Below are positions 37,096 to 41,198 of a DNA stretch of 41,198 bases, piece after piece. The translations under genes were made by a program, and so were the position numbers. Source of the DNA: Candidatus Fermentithermobacillaceae bacterium (GTDB lineage: Bacteria; Bacillota; Sulfobacillia; Fermentithermobacillales; Fermentithermobacillaceae). Each line of letters opens with the position of its first letter. The stretch's first letter is position 1. The stretch is taken from NCBI GenBank assembly GCA_012842105.1, contig DUTL01000055.1, forward strand, positions 1 through 41,198. The letters are read 5' to 3'. Under the pieces are notes generated by a model, which was not told the origin of the DNA, did not search any database, and worked only from the letters and a program-made list of their open reading frames with translations.

Positions 37096-38492
37096 GAAAG
37101 GTAGTTACAATAGGAGTTGTGGTTGGCCTTACGGTAGCTCTGGGCTCTCAATTTTGCCTGCATATGGCGAACGCTCAGCCAGAAAACGCTTACAGTGGCC
37201 CCCAACCCAAGGTGCTTGTTGGATTGGCCAGGAGCGCCTTTGTTTCTCTTGGCTTTTCCGAAAAATATGAACTGGTTTCAGCCCAGGGTAAGCATGAGGT
37301 ACCCGCTCAGAGCAGCATATCCTTGGGTTCCGGGCACGGCAAGTTGCGCCTTACTTTGTCATCAGGCACAGCCGTCTTATATGAGGGAGAGGTATCTTCT
37401 CCGGTCTTTATCGCACCTTCCTGCGAATCAGGCACAGCGTATTTCACTGTTTTGAACGGGGGTAATTCTAACCCCGGCTTGTCAGGGCAAGAATTCAGGG
37501 GAAGTGCGCTTATCATGGAAGACAACGGCTCCCTGGTGGTTGCCAATCTCCTGGATGTAGAGAAATACCTGTGGTCGGTTGTATCGTGCGAGGTACCCTG
37601 CGGCTGGGCTAGAGATGCGCTCAAAGCGCAGGCGGTTGTTTCGCGTACTTACGCAGTTCACAAAGGCGGCCTTTACAATGACGCTAACAGAAGCGCTGCA
37701 ACCACTGTAGGCGACATCAAACTTTGGGCGAGCGAGGCACACCAGGTTTACCGGGGCAAAGCCCATGAGGACCCGCGGGCAGTTGAAGCTTGTAACGAGA
37801 CCAGAGGGCGTATCCTGGTGTATGAGGGCAGTCCGGCTGCAGCATATTTCCACGCTGATGCAGCAGGTATGACTGAAAGCCCACGATTTGTTTGGGGAGG
37901 GGATATCCCGTATCTTCCCGGTGTGGAAGAAGCGCCCCACGAGTCGCCTCATACCGGGTGGGAAGCTTGCTTTGACATTGAAACACTCAGGGGGAAACTG
38001 GAAGGATTTTTGCAGGGTTCCGGGATAGACATGATTACAGGCCGCGAACCCGGAACATCCGGCAGGTGGTTTGCAGTAAACATAAGGTCAGGCAATAAGG
38101 ATGCGATCTTGAAAGGAAGCGAGTTTCGATCCCTTCTTGAACTGAAGAGTGTTTGGTTTTCGGTGTTCAGAAGGGGAGGCGGCCGTGAGACCCTTGGGCA
38201 TCTTAATCCCGGCCATGAGGTTTATGTTGACAACGGCACAGGTGTACAGGCTATCCCATTGAGGCAGTGCAAGATGTTGAACTCAGGGCGTACCCATTTG
38301 GCAGTGAACGGGGCTGCCGTTATAGCCCCAGGGGAATCGGGCGCCGTGAGATTCCTGTTTCAAGGGCGGGGATGGGGCCATGGAGTAGGGCTATCTCAGT
38401 GGGGGGCTAAAGCAATGGCTGATGAAGGTGCAGGTTTTGAGGAAATTCTCATGCACTACTATCCTGCAACAGCTATTGAGATTTGGTGGTAA
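37092..38492 (+). CDS. SpoIID/LytB-domain protein (lytic transglycosylase-type sporulation/amidase enhancer family) with an N-terminal extension
   Basis: YLWSVVSCEVP, AQAVVSRTYA, AAYFHADAAGMTES and GHGVGLSQWGA are present. Its start overlaps the DUF2905 stop as ATGA. An upstream ATG at 37074 is also possible. Confidence 0.85.
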   Translation: MRKVVTIGVVVGLTVALGSQFCLHMANAQPENAYSGPQPKVLVGLARSAFVSLGFSEKYELVSAQGKHEVPAQSSISLGSGHGKLRLTLSSGTAVLYEGEVSSPVFIAPSCESGTAYFTVLNGGNSNPGLSGQEFRGSALIMEDNGSLVVANLLDVEKYLWSVVSCEVPCGWARDALKAQAVVSRTYAVHKGGLYNDANRSAATTVGDIKLWASEAHQVYRGKAHEDPRAVEACNETRGRILVYEGSPAAAYFHADAAGMTESPRFVWGGDIPYLPGVEEAPHESPHTGWEACFDIETLRGKLEGFLQGSGIDMITGREPGTSGRWFAVNIRSGNKDAILKGSEFRSLLELKSVWFSVFRRGGGRETLGHLNPGHEVYVDNGTGVQAIPLRQCKMLNSGRTHLAVNGAAVIAPGESGAVRFLFQGRGWGHGVGLSQWGAKAMADEGAGFEEILMHYYPATAIEIWW

Positions 38493-38496
38493 CAAC

Positions 38497-39525
38497 ATGA
38501 AAACTGATGAATTCGACTATTCTCTCCCACAGGAGCTAATAGCGCAGACTCCTATACCAGGCAGGGACAGTTCGCGGCTGCTCGTACTTAACAGAAAAAA
38601 CAAGAGCCTTGCCCACGGCCATTTCTCGGATATTGTAGATTACGTTGGTTCCGGTGATGTAGTTGTGGTTAATAACACGAGGGTAATTCCGGCAAGGTTA
38701 TTTGGACGCAGAAGGACAGGCGGGCGAGTTGAGGTTCTGTTGTTGAACCCTGCCGGGCCCGGTGTATGGGAGTGTTTGGTGCGTCCGGGGCACAAACTGC
38801 GTCCAGGCGAAGATATCTTCATAGGAGAGAACAGGTTTCCTGACATGATAGGCAAAGTGGAAGCAAGGACTTCCTATGGGGGTCGGCTTATCAGATGGCA
38901 ATACCAGGGCAGGTGGGAGGATGTATTGGAACGTGTCGGGCATATACCTTTACCCCCGTACATCAAAGTGCCATTGAAAGACCCTGAGAGGTATCAGACG
39001 GTATACGCACAGGTACCCGGCTCTGCTGCTGCGCCTACTGCAGGCCTGCATTTTACAGTTGAACTTCTTGACACGCTTTCATCTAAGGGGGTAGTGATTG
39101 CCCCCGTGACACTAAATGTCGGCCTGGGGACATTCAGGCCGGTTACAGAAGATAACATTGAAGGCCATGAAATGCATAGTGAAAACTATGAGATAACCAG
39201 CGATGCAGCATTGGCAGTAAATAGGGCCAGAGGTTCAGGGCACAAAGTGTTTGCAGTAGGAACAACAGTTGTGAGGGTGCTGGAAAGCTCTTGCAGGGGC
39301 GGAGCAGTAATGCCGGGCAAGGGCGCTACCGACCTTTTCATATACCCTGGGTATGAATTTAAGGCAGTAGACTGCATGGTAACTAACTTTCACCTGCCAA
39401 GATCAACATTGCTGATGCTGGTATGCGCTTTTGCCGGCAAGCAATTCACCATGGAAGCTTACCGCGAGGCCATAAGAGAAAGGTACAGGTTCTTTTCTTT
39501 TGGCGATGCGATGCTAATCCTGTAA
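38497..39525 (+). CDS. queA: tRNA preQ1(34) S-adenosylmethionine ribosyltransferase-isomerase
   Basis: The N-terminus MKTDEFDYSLPQELIAQTP, PLPPYI, GSAAAPTAGLHF and GTTVVRVLES are present. Confidence 0.95.
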   Translation: MKTDEFDYSLPQELIAQTPIPGRDSSRLLVLNRKNKSLAHGHFSDIVDYVGSGDVVVVNNTRVIPARLFGRRRTGGRVEVLLLNPAGPGVWECLVRPGHKLRPGEDIFIGENRFPDMIGKVEARTSYGGRLIRWQYQGRWEDVLERVGHIPLPPYIKVPLKDPERYQTVYAQVPGSAAAPTAGLHFTVELLDTLSSKGVVIAPVTLNVGLGTFRPVTEDNIEGHEMHSENYEITSDAALAVNRARGSGHKVFAVGTTVVRVLESSCRGGAVMPGKGATDLFIYPGYEFKAVDCMVTNFHLPRSTLLMLVCAFAGKQFTMEAYREAIRERYRFFSFGDAMLIL

Positions 39526-39548
39526 GCAGTAGGAGAGAGGGTAGTGGT

Positions 39549-40673
39549 GTGGCGCAACTTACGTACGACATACTTTTCCAATCGGGAAACGCCAGAATAG
39601 GAAAAGTGAAGACTGTTCACGGCGAAATCAATACGCCTGTGTTCATGCCTGTGGGAACTCAGGCCACAGTCAAATCTTTGATGCCCGGAGACATATGGGA
39701 TACAGGATCACGGATAATCCTCTGCAATGCCTATCACCTGTATTTAAGGCCCGGGCCTGACATAGTAAAGGCGGCAGGCGGCCTTCACCGCTTCATGAAT
39801 TGGCCCGGATCGATCTTGACTGACAGCGGTGGTTTCCAGATCATGAGCCTCGGGCACATGGTTTCGATTTCTGATGAGGAAGCTGTGTTCAGGTCTCACA
39901 TTGACGGAAGCCTTATCAGTTTCAGCCCTGAAGAGTCTATACGGGTTCAGGCTGCCCTTGGAGCTGATATTATCATGTGCTTGGATCACTGCACCAGGTC
40001 GCCCGCACCCTATGACGTTGCTAAGAAAGCGATGGACAGGACATTGCTTTGGGCGCGGCGGGCGCAGAAAACAGAAGTGTCAGCGCACCAATCCCTGTTC
40101 GGGATTGTACAAGGTTCGATTTATCCGGAACTAAGGAAACAATGCGCCCTTGAACTTGCATGTATGGATTTCCCTGGATATGCTTTGGGAGGGCTGTCTG
40201 TAGGAGAGAGCAAACAGGAGTTTTACGACATCCTTCATTACACCGGTGAATTTCTTCCCAGGGAAAAGCCCCGGTATCTGATGGGTGTGGGGCACCCTTT
40301 GGATCTTATCGAGGGCGTCATGGCCGGCATCGACATGTTTGACTGTGTGCTTCCCACGAGAAATGCCAGGCATGGAAGGGCTTTCACTTTTTCCGGCCCT
40401 TTGAATCTCAAGAATGCCCGGTTTGCCATGGAATTTGCCCCTATTGAGGAAGGGTGTGATTGCAGGGCATGCCAGAGTTTTAGCAGGGCCTATATCCGGC
40501 ACTTATTTTCTGCCAGGGAGAGCCTGGCATGGACTCTTGTATCAATTCACAATATACGGTTTTTCCAAAGGTTTATGGACAAGATCAGAAAATGTATACT
40601 TGACGGTACGCTTGCCGGTTTTAGAAGAGAAATGGAAAAGCTGTATTCAGCCCAGGGCGATTGTCGTGGGTAA
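39549..40673 (+). CDS. tgt: Queuine tRNA-ribosyltransferase
   Basis: ARIGKVKTVHGEINTPVFMPVGTQATVK, TDSGGFQ, GGLSVGE, the zinc site CDCRAC...H and LMGVGHP are present. The GTG at 39549 is preceded by AGGAGAGAGGG. Confidence 0.95.
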   Translation: MAQLTYDILFQSGNARIGKVKTVHGEINTPVFMPVGTQATVKSLMPGDIWDTGSRIILCNAYHLYLRPGPDIVKAAGGLHRFMNWPGSILTDSGGFQIMSLGHMVSISDEEAVFRSHIDGSLISFSPEESIRVQAALGADIIMCLDHCTRSPAPYDVAKKAMDRTLLWARRAQKTEVSAHQSLFGIVQGSIYPELRKQCALELACMDFPGYALGGLSVGESKQEFYDILHYTGEFLPREKPRYLMGVGHPLDLIEGVMAGIDMFDCVLPTRNARHGRAFTFSGPLNLKNARFAMEFAPIEEGCDCRACQSFSRAYIRHLFSARESLAWTLVSIHNIRFFQRFMDKIRKCILDGTLAGFRREMEKLYSAQGDCRG

Positions 40674-40747
40674 ACAAGGTAATCCAGGTTTTTCGTCGAA
40701 CAAGGAAACATGAGCTTTTTGAACGTTGATGAAAGGAGGGGTTATAT

Positions 40748-41041
40748 TTGGCACTTGATTTGGCAGCAGCTGCGACACAAAATCCGCTGGTTGGTAACAT
40801 TTTGTGGTTAGCTCTGCTCTTCGGGCTGATGTACTTTCTTATGATACGCCCCCAGCAGAAAGAGCAAAGAGAACGGGCCGAGATGATTCGTGCGCTTAAG
40901 CCTGGAGATAAAATTCTCACCAATGGCGGTCTGATAGGCGTCATAACGAAAGTCGAAGATCTGTCCATCAAGGTTAGAGTCGCTGAAAAAGTTGAAGTTG
41001 ATGTAATCAAGACAGGGGTAGCGAGAACCCTTAAGGATTAA
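40748..41041 (+). CDS. yajC: Preprotein translocase subunit YajC
   Basis: YFLMIRPQQKEQRE and GDKILTNGGLIGVI are present. AGGAGGGG lies 6 nt before the TTG at 40748. Confidence 0.9.
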   Translation: MALDLAAAATQNPLVGNILWLALLFGLMYFLMIRPQQKEQRERAEMIRALKPGDKILTNGGLIGVITKVEDLSIKVRVAEKVEVDVIKTGVARTLKD

Positions 41042-41093
41042 GGGTAAGCACGGCTATACATATTGTTTCGAACTTGGACCTGATGTGTGATCC

Positions 41094-41124
41094 AATCCGG
41101 GCTTTGGGCCCGGATTGTTTTTTT
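41094..41124 (+). terminator. Rho-independent terminator after yajC
   Basis: AATCCGGGC (41094-41102) pairs with GCCCGGATT (41108-41116) across a 5-nt loop, followed by a G and a T7 run (41118-41124). Confidence 0.85.
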
Positions 41125-41163
41125 GTGCAATTGTGCTACGAGACGAAGGAGTTCACAGTATCA

Positions 41164-41192
41164 TTGGCGAATACTCAAGATAGGTGTATAAT
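41164..41192 (+). promoter_or_regulatory. Sigma-A type promoter reading out of the window
   Basis: TTGGCG (41164-41169), a 17-nt spacer, then TATAAT (41187-41192). Confidence 0.45.
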
Positions 41193-41198
41193 CTCAAA

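Overview
Almost all of this window is a same-strand run of housekeeping genes. It looks like a roughly 50% GC spore-forming Firmicute of clostridial type, because ruvC occurs together with ytxC, yunB, a spoIID-like gene and a bofC-like gene. Gene order: an SPFH/stomatin-like gene; a small AT-rich islet holding an orphan tandem-repeat gene; a five-gene peptide/nickel-type ABC importer; ytxC; T-box-thrS; L20 leader-infC-rpmI-rplT; trkH-trkA; a TrmH-family methyltransferase; T-box-pheS-pheT; polX; four envelope-related genes (L,D-transpeptidase, SBP-like lipoprotein, DUF421, thioredoxin-like); mutS2; the only minus-strand gene, a class A PBP; tyrS; yunB; nadE; yebC; a bofC-like gene; ruvCAB; queH; DUF2905; a spoIID-like gene; queA; tgt; yajC. 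I found no rRNA or tRNA genes, CRISPR array, transposase, integrase, phage module or recognisable defence system. The only part that does not read as ordinary core genome is the left 2.5 kb: three sub-60-aa ORFs trailing the SPFH gene, and an orphan gene carrying eight near-identical in-frame 42-bp repeats. Other notes concern regulatory architecture (two T-boxes, the L20 leader, a likely ATT start for infC, an unexplained promoter plus 170-nt stretch ahead of the pheS T-box) and unusual gene linkage. All product calls rest on my recognition of motifs in the supplied translations, not on database searches. Start codons were refined by eye from Shine-Dalgarno spacing and are approximate.
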